Below are positions 52,623 through 63,465 of a DNA stretch of 64,000 nt, piece by piece. The DNA is from Pelagibacterales bacterium SAG-MED43 (GTDB lineage: Bacteria > Pseudomonadota > Alphaproteobacteria > Pelagibacterales > Pelagibacteraceae). How positions within the stretch are numbered: position 1 is the first letter of the stretch; every line of letters begins with the position of its first letter. The stretch lies in assembly GCA_014653535.1 (NCBI GenBank), contig JACWEK010000001.1, positions 5,931-69,930 on the forward strand. Direction: 5' to 3'. The notes below the pieces were generated by a model that worked only from the letters and a program-made list of their open reading frames with translations, did no database searches and was not told where the DNA came from. The translations under genes were made by a program, and so were the position numbers.

Positions 52623-53265
52623 TTGGTTTTTTTTTTATTTTTTTAATATTTATTAAAAATGAATCTTTGTTCGTTAAACTTTTTTTTTCAGTGTACCCAA
52701 GTTCCCAATTTTTTTTAGAATTTTCAAAAACTTTTTTTCCACTTTCTCCCATGAAGAAAATTAAATTTTTATATTTAAAAAAATTTTCGTATACTAAGTC
52801 CAAAATTACTGGCATAGGTTTGAACGCCCTTGACATTATCGTTCCCGTTTCTAAATTTTTAATTTCAAAAATATCTTTTTGAAAAACTTTCGTATTTAAA
52901 TTTAATTTGTTTGAAACTTCTTTTAAAAAATGGCTTTTATGGTAACTTTTTTCATATAAGTGCACATTCATCTTATTTTTCATATTTTTAAGTAAAATAG
53001 CTACAATGATGCCAGGCATTCCTCCCCCTGATCCTAAATCTGTGGTTGTATCGCTATTTAAATCAACAAAATCAATTATTTGTGCAGAATCTATAATATG
53101 ACGGTCAATTATAGACTTTTTTGATGCCGTATTTTGTCCAATTATATTAATTTTTTCATTTTTTTCTAAAATCATGGATATATAGTTTTCGAAATCTAAA
53201 AATGTTTCACGTGAAACATTTAAGTCATTGAGTCTTGAGTAAGAATTTAAAATTTCTAGATCCAT
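52600..53265 (-). CDS. rsmG: 16S rRNA G527 N7-methyltransferase (GidB)
   Basis: RHIIDS, DLGSGGGMPG, SRAF; lies between mnmG and parA. Confidence 0.93.
   Translation of the reverse strand: MDLEILNSYSRLNDLNVSRETFLDFENYISMILEKNEKINIIGQNTASKKSIIDRHIIDSAQIIDFVDLNSDTTTDLGSGGGMPGIIVAILLKNMKNKMNVHLYEKSYHKSHFLKEVSNKLNLNTKVFQKDIFEIKNLETGTIMSRAFKPMPVILDLVYENFFKYKNLIFFMGESGKKVFENSKKNWELGYTEKKSLTNKDSFLINIKKIKKKPNANNFSY
53203..53218. promoter_or_regulatory. parS centromere-like site
   Basis: Perfect TGTTTCACGTGAAACA consensus palindrome (extends to 22 bp, 53200-53221), just upstream of parAB. Confidence 0.92.
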
Positions 53266-55136
53266 TAAGCTATATGCTTAATAGACTTTCTTTTAACGTG
53301 TGACAACAAAATATATACGGCTGCAGGGGTAATTCCATCGATTCTTAGAGCTTGGCCCATAGTTTTAGGTCTTATTTCCTTAAATTTAGCTTTAACTTCG
53401 TTGGAAAGGCCTGAAAATTGATCATAATCAATATTATCAGGTATTGATAAATTCTCGTCCCTTTTAAAAGCAAGAATATCTGCTTTTTGTCTTTTTAAGT
53501 ATCCACGATAATGAGAATTAATCTCTATCTGTTCATCAATCTCAATACCATGATTTTGGATTTCTGGCCAAATGTCACGAATTTTCCTCATATTGACATC
53601 TTTTTGTGTTAAGATTTCCTCTGCTGATCTAAAAATACCATCTTTAGCAATTTTTACTCCAAACTTATCTGCTTTAGTCGGTGAAATACTCAAATTAGCC
53701 ATTTGCAGTGATATTTTACTTAACTTATCAAATTTATCCTCAAATATCTCTTTTCTAAAATTTGATAATAGTCCGATTTTTATTGCTTTATGACACAATC
53801 TTAAGTCTGCGTTATCAGATCGTAAACTTAATCTATACTCAGCTCTAGACGTAAACATTCTATAAGGCTCTGCAACACCCTTTGTAACGAGATCATCTAT
53901 CATTACTCCAATATAAGCATCTGATCTGTCCAAAATAAAAGGTTCCATATTTTTTAAAGAAAGAGCAGCATTAATGCCAGCTATAAGGCCTTGTGCAGCT
54001 GCTTCCTCATATCCCGTAGTTCCATTAATTTGACCTGCAAGATATAAGTTTCTGATTTTTTTTGTTTCTAGAGTCAAAAATAACTCTCTTGGATCGATAT
54101 AGTCGTATTCTATAGCATATCCTGGTCTAATAACCTTTACATTTTCTAAACCATTGATATTGTTAAGTATTTCATATTGAACAACCTCTGGTAGAGACGT
54201 AGAGATACCATTTGGATAAATTGTGTAATCATTTAATCCCTCAGGTTCTAAAAATATTTGGTGTCTAGTCTTATCAGAGAATTTTACTATTTTATCTTCT
54301 ATTGAGGGGCAATATCTTGGGCCAACACCTTGAATACTGCCGGAGTACATGGCACTTTTAGATAAATTCATTTCGATAATCTTGTGAACCTTCTCGTTAG
54401 TATAAGTCATTGAACACGACACTTGTTTATTTAAAGTTTTTTTTGTTAAGAAAGAAAAAAAATAAGGGTCTTGATCTGCAAATTGTTTTTCTAAATTTTT
54501 AAAATTAATAGTTCTGGAATCTAACCTTGGAGGTGTTCCAGTTTTTAATCTACCTATTTTAAAGTTATATCTTTTCAACTGTTCACTCAGACCAGTACTT
54601 GGTTTCTCATTATATCGACCTGCAGGAGTTCTTTCGTCACCAATATGTATCAATCCATTTAAAAATGTGCCGGTTGTTAGAATTAACTTGCTACTACTTA
54701 CTTTATTACCATTAGCTGTTACAAATCCACTTATTTCATTATTTGTAAAAATAAATTTAATTACAGGATCTGAAATAATCGTTAAATTACAATAATTTAA
54801 GAGTTTTTCTTGCATAAATTTACGATACAATGATCTGTCTGATTGAGTTCGTGGCCCTCTTACTGCTGGTCCTCTACTTCTATTTAATAGTTTAAACTGT
54901 ATCCCGGACTTATCTGCCACTTCTCCCATAACCCCATCTAAAGCATCAATCTCTCTTACTAAATGACCTTTTCCCAAACCACCTATGGCTGGATTACACG
55001 ACATTTCCCCTATAGTATTTTTATTGTGAGTAAATAAAGCAGTGTTCATTCCAAGACGCGCCGATGCGGCAGCTGCCTCGCATCCTGCATGGCCTCCACC
55101 GATTACTACCACATCAAAAGAAAAATCATTTTTCAT
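53265..55136 (-). CDS. mnmG: tRNA uridine 5-carboxymethylaminomethyl modification enzyme MnmG (GidA)
   Basis: [55 protein letters not shown]. Confidence 0.98.
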   Translation of the reverse strand: MKNDFSFDVVVIGGGHAGCEAAAASARLGMNTALFTHNKNTIGEMSCNPAIGGLGKGHLVREIDALDGVMGEVADKSGIQFKLLNRSRGPAVRGPRTQSDRSLYRKFMQEKLLNYCNLTIISDPVIKFIFTNNEISGFVTANGNKVSSSKLILTTGTFLNGLIHIGDERTPAGRYNEKPSTGLSEQLKRYNFKIGRLKTGTPPRLDSRTINFKNLEKQFADQDPYFFSFLTKKTLNKQVSCSMTYTNEKVHKIIEMNLSKSAMYSGSIQGVGPRYCPSIEDKIVKFSDKTRHQIFLEPEGLNDYTIYPNGISTSLPEVVQYEILNNINGLENVKVIRPGYAIEYDYIDPRELFLTLETKKIRNLYLAGQINGTTGYEEAAAQGLIAGINAALSLKNMEPFILDRSDAYIGVMIDDLVTKGVAEPYRMFTSRAEYRLSLRSDNADLRLCHKAIKIGLLSNFRKEIFEDKFDKLSKISLQMANLSISPTKADKFGVKIAKDGIFRSAEEILTQKDVNMRKIRDIWPEIQNHGIEIDEQIEINSHYRGYLKRQKADILAFKRDENLSIPDNIDYDQFSGLSNEVKAKFKEIRPKTMGQALRIDGITPAAVYILLSHVKRKSIKHIA

Positions 55137-55252
55137 GATGTAAATTTATATTCGTTTAAAATATTTACAAGATTTGTGTTTTTTTTATTAAATAAGCGTT
55201 AATTACCAACGAAAATCATCAAAAAGAGGCCAAAAATCCAGTAAAATGTCAA

Positions 55253-56584
55253 TTATTTTCCAATACAAAAATCGTTGAAAATACTACCTAATATCTCCTC
55301 TACATCAACTTTTCCAACTATCATTCCTAAATGTCTAGTTGCTAACCTCAAATCCTCAGCTGCTTTATCAAAATCCTTTTTATCGTTTTTGTCTGAAAAG
55401 TTTTTTAAATGATCTACACACTGTACTAAATGTTGTCTATGTCTTTCCCTTGTGATTAGAATATCTTCGTCTGATATAAATTTATTTTTTAAGTTATTTT
55501 TTATTTTTAAAATTAAAAGATCTATATTTAGATTATCCTTTAATGAGATTAAAACATGGTTGAACTTAAGAATTTCATTATCCAATTTTTCTTTTAAAAG
55601 ATCTGATTTATTAATTACTAAAATCGCATCATTTTTTAACAGATCGTTCAAAAAAGCGCTTAAATCAATACTTTTCGCATCAACTACTACTAATTTTAAA
55701 TCAGCATTTTCAGCTTTTTTAAGAGATAACCTTATGCCTTTTTTTTCGATTTCATCTTTTGAGTCTCTTATGCCAGCTGTGTCTGAAATAATAACAGGGT
55801 ATCCATCTATATTTAAGTGTGTCTCAACAACATCTCTTGTTGTGCCAGCAATCTCAGATACTATGGCAACTTCTCTGTTTGATAAATTATTTAATAGACT
55901 GGATTTACCAGCATTAGTTGGCCCTATGATTGCAATTTTAAAACCTTCACGAATTATCTCTCCAACCTTTTGATCATTCAAAATTTTATTAATCTCGTTT
56001 AATACTTCAGAAGAATCTTTTTTTATTTTTTTTAAGTTTTCTTCCGGTAGATCTTCCTCAGGAAAATCTATTTTTGCTTCAACAAATGATAAAATTTTGA
56101 GTAATTTTTCTCTCAACTTGTTAAATTTCTCTGAAGATTTTCCTCTCATTATTTTTACAGCTTGTAATCTTTGAATTTCAGTTTCTGCTGAGATAAGATC
56201 AGCTATGCTTTCTGCTTTTAACAAATTTATTTTTCCATTTTGAAAAGCAATCTTCGTAAATTCTCCAGGATCGGCTAATCTACAATTTTTTACTTTCGAT
56301 ATCTCTTTTTGTACGGCTAATACTACTGCTTTCCCACCATGTACATGAATCTCTGCCATATCCTCACCTGTGTAGCTCTCAGGCCCCGGAAACCATAAAA
56401 TTATACCCTCATCAATCAACTCAGAAGTGTTGATATTGTTTATTTTTCGAAGGGTAGCCATTCTTGGCTTCGGAATTACATCACCTGTGAGAGATTTTAT
56501 AACACTCGATGCTTCTGGGCCTGAAATTCTAATTATTGCAACGCCAGAGACACCTGGGCCAGACGATAAAGCATAAATAGTCAT
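55253..56584 (-). CDS. mnmE: tRNA modification GTPase MnmE
   Basis: TIYALSS, SYTGED, GPTNAGKSS, GTTRD, DTAG, NKSD, terminal FCIGK. Confidence 0.98.
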   Translation of the reverse strand: MTIYALSSGPGVSGVAIIRISGPEASSVIKSLTGDVIPKPRMATLRKINNINTSELIDEGIILWFPGPESYTGEDMAEIHVHGGKAVVLAVQKEISKVKNCRLADPGEFTKIAFQNGKINLLKAESIADLISAETEIQRLQAVKIMRGKSSEKFNKLREKLLKILSFVEAKIDFPEEDLPEENLKKIKKDSSEVLNEINKILNDQKVGEIIREGFKIAIIGPTNAGKSSLLNNLSNREVAIVSEIAGTTRDVVETHLNIDGYPVIISDTAGIRDSKDEIEKKGIRLSLKKAENADLKLVVVDAKSIDLSAFLNDLLKNDAILVINKSDLLKEKLDNEILKFNHVLISLKDNLNIDLLILKIKNNLKNKFISDEDILITRERHRQHLVQCVDHLKNFSDKNDKKDFDKAAEDLRLATRHLGMIVGKVDVEEILGSIFNDFCIGK

Positions 56585-56625
56585 AAAATATTATAACTTT
56601 TATTCTGCGATATTGGAAAACTTAA

Positions 56626-57894
56626 TTAGGCTGGTTTATTCATTGAATTAAAGAACTCAGCATTATTTTTTGTATCTTTTAATTTTGAACTTATAAACTC
56701 TATTGCATCCATTGTGCCCATTGGGGCAATTATTCTTCTAAGCACATTCATCTTTTGTAAGTCATTTTTATCAAATAATAATTCCTCTCTTCTAGTACCT
56801 GACTTCGTAATATCAATCGCTGGATAAATTCTTTTATCAGCAATTTTTCTATCTAATACCGTTTCACTATTTCCTGTTCCTTTAAATTCCTCAAAGATTA
56901 CTTCATCCATTCTACTTCCAGTATCTATTAAGGCTGTAGAAATAATGGTTAACGATCCACCTTCCTCTATATTTCGTGCTGCACCAAAAAATCTTTTTGG
57001 TCTTTGAAGTGCATTAGCATCTACACCACCTGTTAAAACTTTTCCAGAACTTGGTATTACAGCATTATAAGCCCTTCCAAGTCTAGTAATGGAGTCTAAA
57101 AGTATAACAACATCTTTTTTATGCTCTGTTAATCTCTTAGCTTTTTCAATTACCATCTCTGCAACAGCGACGTGCCTCTGAGCTGGCTCGTCAAAAGTTG
57201 AGCTTATAACTTCCCCTTTCACCGTTCTTTGCATATCAGTAACTTCCTCGGGTCTTTCATCAATTAAAAGTACAATTAAATAACACTCAGGATAATTCTT
57301 GGCTATTGAGTTTGCTATACTTTGTAAAATCATAGTTTTTCCCGCTTTGGGAGGTGAGATTATAATTGAACGTTGGCCTTTACCTATAGGACTAACTAAA
57401 TCAATCAACCTTGGAGTAAGGTCTGGTTTTTTTTCAATTTTTATAGTTTCAACTTCCATAACTAATTGTTTATCAGGATATAAAGGGGTTAAGTTATCAA
57501 AGGCAATTTTGTGCCTTGATTTATCCGGTTCCTCAAAATTAATCTTACTGACTTGAAGCAGAGCAAAATATCTTTCGCCCTCTTTTGGTGCTCTTACTGG
57601 TCCTTCAACAGTATCGCCGGTTCTTAGACCAAATTTTCTTATTTGGCTTGGACTTACATAAATGTCATCCGGTCCAGGCAAATAATTAGACTCCATTGCT
57701 CTGAGAAAACCAAATCCGTCTTGCAATAATTGTAAAACTCCAGCACCTGTAATTTCTTCTTTTTCAGCTACTTTTTTTAATATAGCAAAAAGAATTTCCT
57801 GTTTTCTTAAAGTGCTGGCATTTTCTATCCCAAGCTCTTCTGCTTGTGTAATAAGCTGTTCAGATGATTTAAGTTTTAGTTCTTGTATGTTCAT
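56626..57894 (-). CDS. rho: Transcription termination factor Rho
   Basis: [43 protein letters not shown]. Confidence 0.98.
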   Translation of the reverse strand: MNIQELKLKSSEQLITQAEELGIENASTLRKQEILFAILKKVAEKEEITGAGVLQLLQDGFGFLRAMESNYLPGPDDIYVSPSQIRKFGLRTGDTVEGPVRAPKEGERYFALLQVSKINFEEPDKSRHKIAFDNLTPLYPDKQLVMEVETIKIEKKPDLTPRLIDLVSPIGKGQRSIIISPPKAGKTMILQSIANSIAKNYPECYLIVLLIDERPEEVTDMQRTVKGEVISSTFDEPAQRHVAVAEMVIEKAKRLTEHKKDVVILLDSITRLGRAYNAVIPSSGKVLTGGVDANALQRPKRFFGAARNIEEGGSLTIISTALIDTGSRMDEVIFEEFKGTGNSETVLDRKIADKRIYPAIDITKSGTRREELLFDKNDLQKMNVLRRIIAPMGTMDAIEFISSKLKDTKNNAEFFNSMNKPA

Positions 57895-57928
57895 GGTTAA
57901 AAATTATTAAGGACTTAATAACATGGCT

Positions 57929-57956
57929 AATATATATGCAATTTATAAATATTCAA
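57929..57956 (-). promoter_or_regulatory. Putative sigma70 promoter for rho
   Basis: TTGAAT-N16-TATATT on the minus strand, same hexamers and spacing as upstream of nusA. Confidence 0.45.
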
Positions 57957-57958
57957 CC

Positions 57959-58393
57959 CTAGATAGGCTTAAATATCACAACAAAAATGATTAAAATAAG
58001 CAATAATGTGGGTATTTCATTTATATATCTATAAAATTTATGTGAATGCCTGTTTGAATCTAGTTTAAATTGACCAAGAATTTTCCCAAGGTAAAGATGA
58101 TAAATCGTTAATAAAACTACAAAAATTAATTTTAAAATCATCCATTTTTGACCCAATTTATCAAATCCAATTTCATGAATTAATATTAAACCAAATATCC
58201 ATGATAAAATCATTGCTGGAGTCATAATGTAATAGAAAAGTTTTTTTTCCATCAATTTAAATACTTCTGAAATGATTGGTTGAGTATTATTTTGGGAGTG
58301 ATAAACAAAAATTCTTGGTAGATATAATAATCCGGCCATCCAAGAAATTACCGCTATTAGATGTAATGATTTAAAAAGTAAGTAAGTATTCAT
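57959..58393 (-). CDS. hemJ: Protoporphyrinogen IX oxidase HemJ
   Basis: KSLHLIAVISWMAGLLYLPRIFVYH, MTPAM, NEIPT, FKP. Confidence 0.95.
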   Translation of the reverse strand: MNTYLLFKSLHLIAVISWMAGLLYLPRIFVYHSQNNTQPIISEVFKLMEKKLFYYIMTPAMILSWIFGLILIHEIGFDKLGQKWMILKLIFVVLLTIYHLYLGKILGQFKLDSNRHSHKFYRYINEIPTLLLILIIFVVIFKPI

Positions 58394-58396
58394 TAA

Positions 58397-59395
58397 TTAT
58401 ATACTTTTTTGAATTAAGTATTTTAATAACGCAATATGGTCGTCACTATCGTTTAGGCATGGTACCATGTCAAAATTTTCACCCCCAGAATTTAAAAAAC
58501 TCTCTTTGCCCTGAATAAGTATTTCTTCCAGAGTTTCAACACAATCAGAAGAAAAGCCAGGACAAATGGCCAAAACATTTTTTTTTCCTTCAGCTGGTAA
58601 GCTTTCTAAAGCCTTATCAGTATAAGGTTGAAGCCATTTTTGTGGACCAAATCTAGACTGAAATGTAGTCTTCATTTCAATGGAGTTAAATTTTTCAGAT
58701 ATTAGTCTCGTGGTTTTATGACAGTAGCAATGATAAGGATCTCCTTTATCAAAATATTTTTGAGGAATTCCGTGATAGGAAGCTAATATTAGATCTGGTT
58801 TCCAATTAATTTCTTTAATCTTCTTATTCAAGGAGTTAACTAATGCTTCTATATATAAGGGATCAGACTCATAATGAGGAATTATTTTAAGAGACGGTTG
58901 CCACCTCATTTTCATAAGTGTTCTATATACTTCGTCACAAACAGTGGCTGTAGTGGCGGCAGCATATTGAGGATATAACGGAAGTATTACTAAATTTTCA
59001 CAACCCATTTGGTGAAGGGTTTTGATTTTGCTTCTAATGCTTGGGTTTCCATACCTCATAGCATAATCTATTACTAAATTTTCTTTAGATATTGAGATTG
59101 ATAATTTTTCTGCTTGTTTTTTTGTATAATATAAAAGAGGAGAAATATTTTCTTCGTTCATCCATATTTCTTTATAAGCTTTTGCTGTTTTCGAGGGTCT
59201 TAAATTTAATATAAAAACATTTAATATAATTTGCCATATTATAGGATTCACCTCTATTACTCTTCTGTCAGATAAAAATTCTTTTAAATATTTTCTTATG
59301 TCTAACCAACCTGTTGAGTCTGGGGTTCCTAGATTTATAATTAAAACTCCAGTTTTTCCAAAATTTATAGGGGGATGTTCTAAATTTTTTTTCAT
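58397..59395 (-). CDS. hemH: Ferrochelatase
   Basis: NLGTP, AMRYGNPSI, LPLYPQY, SYHGIP, FQSRFG..WLQPY, DCVETLEE. Confidence 0.97.
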   Translation of the reverse strand: MKKNLEHPPINFGKTGVLIINLGTPDSTGWLDIRKYLKEFLSDRRVIEVNPIIWQIILNVFILNLRPSKTAKAYKEIWMNEENISPLLYYTKKQAEKLSISISKENLVIDYAMRYGNPSIRSKIKTLHQMGCENLVILPLYPQYAAATTATVCDEVYRTLMKMRWQPSLKIIPHYESDPLYIEALVNSLNKKIKEINWKPDLILASYHGIPQKYFDKGDPYHCYCHKTTRLISEKFNSIEMKTTFQSRFGPQKWLQPYTDKALESLPAEGKKNVLAICPGFSSDCVETLEEILIQGKESFLNSGGENFDMVPCLNDSDDHIALLKYLIQKSI

Positions 59396-60396
59396 TAATA
59401 ATCTTTTACGGTTTTAACTAGATATTCCATCATTTCTGGATTTGTTTGTGGTAAAACTCCGTGACCCAGATTAAAAATATATGGATGATCTTTAAATATA
59501 TCTAGATATTTTATTGCTTCTTTTTTTATATTTTCTTTGTCTGTCAGTAAAACTTTTGGGTCCATGCCACCTTGTATAGGTACGCTTATCTCTTTTTCTA
59601 TTTTTACTGGATCAACTTCATAATCAATACAAATTGTATCAGGTTTTATAAAATCACAATATTTTTTATAATCCTTAATATTCCTTGGAAAACATATAAC
59701 AGGCGTATTTAAAGATTGAACAAATTTTACCAAATTTAGTGTTGGGTAATATATGTAATGCGGCAAATCCTTATCCTCTAATAATCCTGCCCAACTATCA
59801 AATATTTGAATTACATTTGCACCATTATCTATTTGATTTTTAATGTGAATTTTTAAAAATTTCTCAATAATTAATAAAACGTTATTTATTAAATTTTTAT
59901 TTTCAAAAAAGTCTTTTTTTAATTGTTTTTTAGGAGATTGTTGATTGATCATATAGACCAATATAGTCCAAGGAGCGCCTACAAATCCAATAGTGTTTTT
60001 GTTTTTTAAAATGTCATTATTACTTACATTTTTTATAACTTCATAAACTTGTTTAACTTTTTCAACAAAATCAATTTCTTTCACTTTAGATATTTTATTT
60101 AAATCAAGCTGACCTAAAATGGGACCAAAATCTTTTTTAAATTTTACACTTTGATTTAAACCATAAGACAACATTAATATATCTGAAAAAATAATTGCTG
60201 CATCAAAATCAAATCTTTTTATTGGTTGAAGAGTAATTTCAGTAGACAAGGTTGGGTTTAAACATAACTTTATAAAATCCGTATTTTTAGATCTAATATC
60301 TCTAAATTCAGGCAGATATCTACCTGCTTGTCTCATTATCCATATAGGATTTGTTTTAGTATTTTTATTAATTATTACTTCGTGAAGAGGGGTCAT
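59395..60396 (-). CDS. hemE: Uroporphyrinogen decarboxylase
   Basis: WIMRQAGRYLPE, AAIIFSDIL, GFVGAPWT, QIFDSW, FNLGHG. Confidence 0.97.
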   Translation of the reverse strand: MTPLHEVIINKNTKTNPIWIMRQAGRYLPEFRDIRSKNTDFIKLCLNPTLSTEITLQPIKRFDFDAAIIFSDILMLSYGLNQSVKFKKDFGPILGQLDLNKISKVKEIDFVEKVKQVYEVIKNVSNNDILKNKNTIGFVGAPWTILVYMINQQSPKKQLKKDFFENKNLINNVLLIIEKFLKIHIKNQIDNGANVIQIFDSWAGLLEDKDLPHYIYYPTLNLVKFVQSLNTPVICFPRNIKDYKKYCDFIKPDTICIDYEVDPVKIEKEISVPIQGGMDPKVLLTDKENIKKEAIKYLDIFKDHPYIFNLGHGVLPQTNPEMMEYLVKTVKDY

Positions 60397-60668
60397 ATTA
60401 AAATAATATATATTATTATTGTATTAGTATTATGTAATGTGAATAACGATAATTATTTCTTATTAACATTATATTGACAGTTTAATAACATCTAAAGATT
60501 AATAATATTGTTTAAAATGTAGCTTTTTAGTATTTTATTATATTTAATGTATTATTTTATTAACTAATTTATTAATGTTAATAAAACCCTTATTTTACAA
60601 CAATAATTAAGCAATATTTAAATTGAGTAATTTTATTAAAATAATACAAATTTATTAACAATTTATGC
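60397..60668. other. Probable chromosomal replication origin (oriC)
   Basis: Largest and extremely AT-rich intergenic gap; lies between hemE and the DUF299 gene, the known Caulobacter/Rickettsia origin position; DnaA box TGTGAATAA at 60438-60446 plus TTATTAACA variants; genes point away on both sides; parS/parAB nearby. Confidence 0.8.
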
Positions 60669-61496
60669 ATGAGTAATACATATCAAATTTATTTGATTTC
60701 GGATTCTACGGGTGAAACCTTAGATAGAATTTTTTTAGCTTTAAAAGCTCAATTTAAAAATATTGAGTATAAAGTACATTCTTATTCTTTTACTAGGACT
60801 GAAAATCAAATTATACAAATTTTAGAAACAGCAAAAAAAAGCAACAATTCTATTATTTTGTATACAATAGTTGACAACAGCCTTGCTAAATTCTTGGCTA
60901 ATAAAAGTGAAGATAAAGGTTTACCTTGTTTCGGAGTACTTGGTAACTTAATACTAAGTTTTTCAAAGTTATTAAACCAAAAAGCGTCTCACGAACCGAG
61001 CGGCCAACACGTATTGAATGAGGAATATTATCAAAGAATAGAGGCCATACAATTCACCATGAACCATGATGATGGTAACCTAATTAAAGAAGTAGGAAAA
61101 TCAGATATAATATTATTGGGGGTTAGTAGAACAAGTAAAACACCAACCTCGATTTATTTAGCCAACAAAGGATATAAAACCTCAAATATCCCATTGATCA
61201 ATGAATATTCTATTCCGAAGATTTTAAAAGATAATCCAAAAATAAGTTGTGTAATTGGTTTAAATACAGAAGCAGAAAGACTTGTTGATATTAGAAAAAA
61301 CCGGATGAATTCACTTAAAGAAAATGAAAATAAAAAATATACAAACTTAGAGAATATTCAAAAAGAAGTAGAGGACGCTAAAAAAACTTTTAAGAGATAT
61401 AGTTGGCCCAGCATAGATGTCACAAGAAAATCTGTAGAAGAAACGGCAGCGTCTATTATTAAAATTTACGAGATTTATAACCAAAACAATGAATGA
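60669..61496 (+). CDS. ppsR: Pyruvate,phosphate/water dikinase regulatory protein (DUF299 kinase/pyrophosphorylase)
   Basis: ISDSTGET, HDDG, GVSRTSKTPTSIYLA, IDVTRKSVEETA. Confidence 0.92.
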   Translation: MSNTYQIYLISDSTGETLDRIFLALKAQFKNIEYKVHSYSFTRTENQIIQILETAKKSNNSIILYTIVDNSLAKFLANKSEDKGLPCFGVLGNLILSFSKLLNQKASHEPSGQHVLNEEYYQRIEAIQFTMNHDDGNLIKEVGKSDIILLGVSRTSKTPTSIYLANKGYKTSNIPLINEYSIPKILKDNPKISCVIGLNTEAERLVDIRKNRMNSLKENENKKYTNLENIQKEVEDAKKTFKRYSWPSIDVTRKSVEETAASIIKIYEIYNQNNE

Positions 61497-62073
61497 AATT
61501 ATTTTAGCCTCAAAAAGTAAAGTTAGAAAAAATATTTTAGAGAAAAGTGGTATTTTTTGTGAAGTTGTTCCATCAAATGTGGACGAAGATAGTGTTAAGG
61601 AAACTTTGGTAAAAGAAAATGCATCACCAGAAATTATTTCAAAAAATTTAGCAGAATTAAAAGCTAACAAAGTTAGCGCAAAATTTACTGACAAATTAGT
61701 AATTGGTGCTGATAGCGTAATTGACTTAAAAGGGAAGATTATTTCAAAACCAAAAGACAGAGGAGAGGCAATTGAAATTTTAAAACTATTAAACAGCAAG
61801 TCACATTATTTAATAAGTTCTGTATGCATATCAAAAGCTGGTAATATGATCTGGAATTATACAGACAAAGCGATATTAACTATGAAAGATTTTTCAGATA
61901 ATGAATTAGAATTATACTTATCTAAGATATTAGATGAGACCTTATACGCTTACAATGTTTATCAAATTGAGGGTGAAGGCAGAAATTTATTCTCAAAAAT
62001 CGAGGGAGATGAAGACACAATAATGGGCTTACCTATTAAACAAATTAAAGAATATTTAAATAATTTTAAATGA
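61489..62073 (+). CDS. maf: Maf-family nucleotide pyrophosphatase
   Basis: IILASKS..R, LAELKA, GADSV, KP, YQIEG, IMGLP. Confidence 0.92.
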   Translation: MNEIILASKSKVRKNILEKSGIFCEVVPSNVDEDSVKETLVKENASPEIISKNLAELKANKVSAKFTDKLVIGADSVIDLKGKIISKPKDRGEAIEILKLLNSKSHYLISSVCISKAGNMIWNYTDKAILTMKDFSDNELELYLSKILDETLYAYNVYQIEGEGRNLFSKIEGDEDTIMGLPIKQIKEYLNNFK

Positions 62074-62903
62074 AAAAATATTTAGTTATTGGAAACCCAA
62101 TTGAACACTCGCTTTCACCTAGGTTACATAATTATTGGTTTAAGGAAAATAATATCGAGGCTATTTATGAAAAAAGGCAGATTAAAGAACCAGATATCAA
62201 AGGAATAATTTCAGATATTCGAAATGGAAAAATAGAAGGTATTAATGTTACTGTGCCATTTAAGAAATCAGTTATTCCTTTTTTAGACAAGTTAGAAATC
62301 CCAAAAAAAACCCAATCAGTAAATACAATTTATATAGAGAAAAATAACAAAACGGGCTCAAATAAAATAATAGGTGAAAATACAGATATATTGGGATTTA
62401 AATATTCATTAGAGCACATTAAATACAGTGTAACAGGAAAAAAAATTTTTATTTTAGGTGCTGGTGGAGTAACTCCATCGATTATCTATGCTTTAGAGGA
62501 AATGGAACCCTCTGTTATCATGTTAAGTAATAGAACTAAGGAAAAGGCTAAAGATTTAGTAAAATTATTTCCTAAAATAGAGCTTGTAGAGTGGGGAGAG
62601 ATTAAAAATTTTGACATGATCATTAATACTACAAGTTTAGGTCTTAAACAAAATGACAAACTTCCAATTAATTATGATCAAATAGGTTCAGGGAAGTTTT
62701 TTTATGATGTTATCTATAATCCAAAAAAGACAAATTTTCTTTTGGAGGCTGAAAAACGCGGTCATCAGATTGAGAATGGTAAAATGATGTTTGCCTATCA
62801 AGCTCAAGAAGCTTTTAGATTATTTACAATAGATCCCAATATGAGGTCGGGACTATTACCCACGATAAATAAACAAGTACTTCAACTGTTAGATAATGAT
62901 TAG
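62070..62903 (+). CDS. aroE: Shikimate dehydrogenase
   Basis: GNPIEHSLSP, NVTVPFK, SVNT, NTD, GAGG, NTTSLG, YDVIYNP. Confidence 0.95.
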   Translation: MKKYLVIGNPIEHSLSPRLHNYWFKENNIEAIYEKRQIKEPDIKGIISDIRNGKIEGINVTVPFKKSVIPFLDKLEIPKKTQSVNTIYIEKNNKTGSNKIIGENTDILGFKYSLEHIKYSVTGKKIFILGAGGVTPSIIYALEEMEPSVIMLSNRTKEKAKDLVKLFPKIELVEWGEIKNFDMIINTTSLGLKQNDKLPINYDQIGSGKFFYDVIYNPKKTNFLLEAEKRGHQIENGKMMFAYQAQEAFRLFTIDPNMRSGLLPTINKQVLQLLDND

Positions 62904-63465
62904 AATTGGAATTCTAGGTGATATTGGCTCTGGCAAAAGCTATATAGCAAAAAATTTCGGTTATCCTGTATTTAACGCTGATTTAGAAGTGGGTAAATTG
63001 TATAAAAAAAATAAAAAAACTTTTAAAAAGTTAAATAAAATTTTGCCAAATTATATATATTCATTCCCAGTTAACAAATCTGAATTATCAGAAGCAATAT
63101 TGGCAAATAAATCTAATCTAAACAAAATTGTTAAAATTGTTCATTTAGAAATAAGAAAAAGGATGACTATTTTTTTAAGAAAAAATAAAAATAAAAAAAT
63201 TGTAATTTTGGATATCCCTCTTCTGTTAGAAAATAAAATTAATAAAAAGAAAGATATTCTAGTTTTCGTTGAGTCTAAAAAATTAGATATTTTACAAAGA
63301 TTAAAAAAAAGAAGTAATTTTAATAAGGAACTTTATAGAAAATTACATAATATTCAGTTGCCACTTAAATATAAAAAGAAAAAATCTAAATTTGTTATAA
63401 AAAATGATTTTACAAATAAATCTGCTAAAAGAGCTATTAAAAATATTTTAAGCAAGATTATTTAA
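62896..63465 (+). CDS. coaE: Dephospho-CoA kinase
   Basis: GILGDIGSGKS, FNAD, DIPLLLE; maf-aroE-coaE-dnaQ synteny. Confidence 0.92.
   Translation: MIRIGILGDIGSGKSYIAKNFGYPVFNADLEVGKLYKKNKKTFKKLNKILPNYIYSFPVNKSELSEAILANKSNLNKIVKIVHLEIRKRMTIFLRKNKNKKIVILDIPLLLENKINKKKDILVFVESKKLDILQRLKKRSNFNKELYRKLHNIQLPLKYKKKKSKFVIKNDFTNKSAKRAIKNILSKII

Noticed and set aside
55452-55973. 173-aa antisense ORF inside mnmE (likewise 15933-16376 in infB, 61347-61799 in ppsR/maf, 32224-32577 in the BON gene and other short shadow ORFs)
   Set aside because: They overlap well-supported genes on the opposite strand and have the Ser/Phe/Ile/Leu-rich composition typical of shadow frames
60607-60621. TTAA-N7-TTAA CtrA-like box in the origin region
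   Set aside because: Expected by chance in such AT-rich DNA, only one copy, and ctrA is reported absent from SAR11
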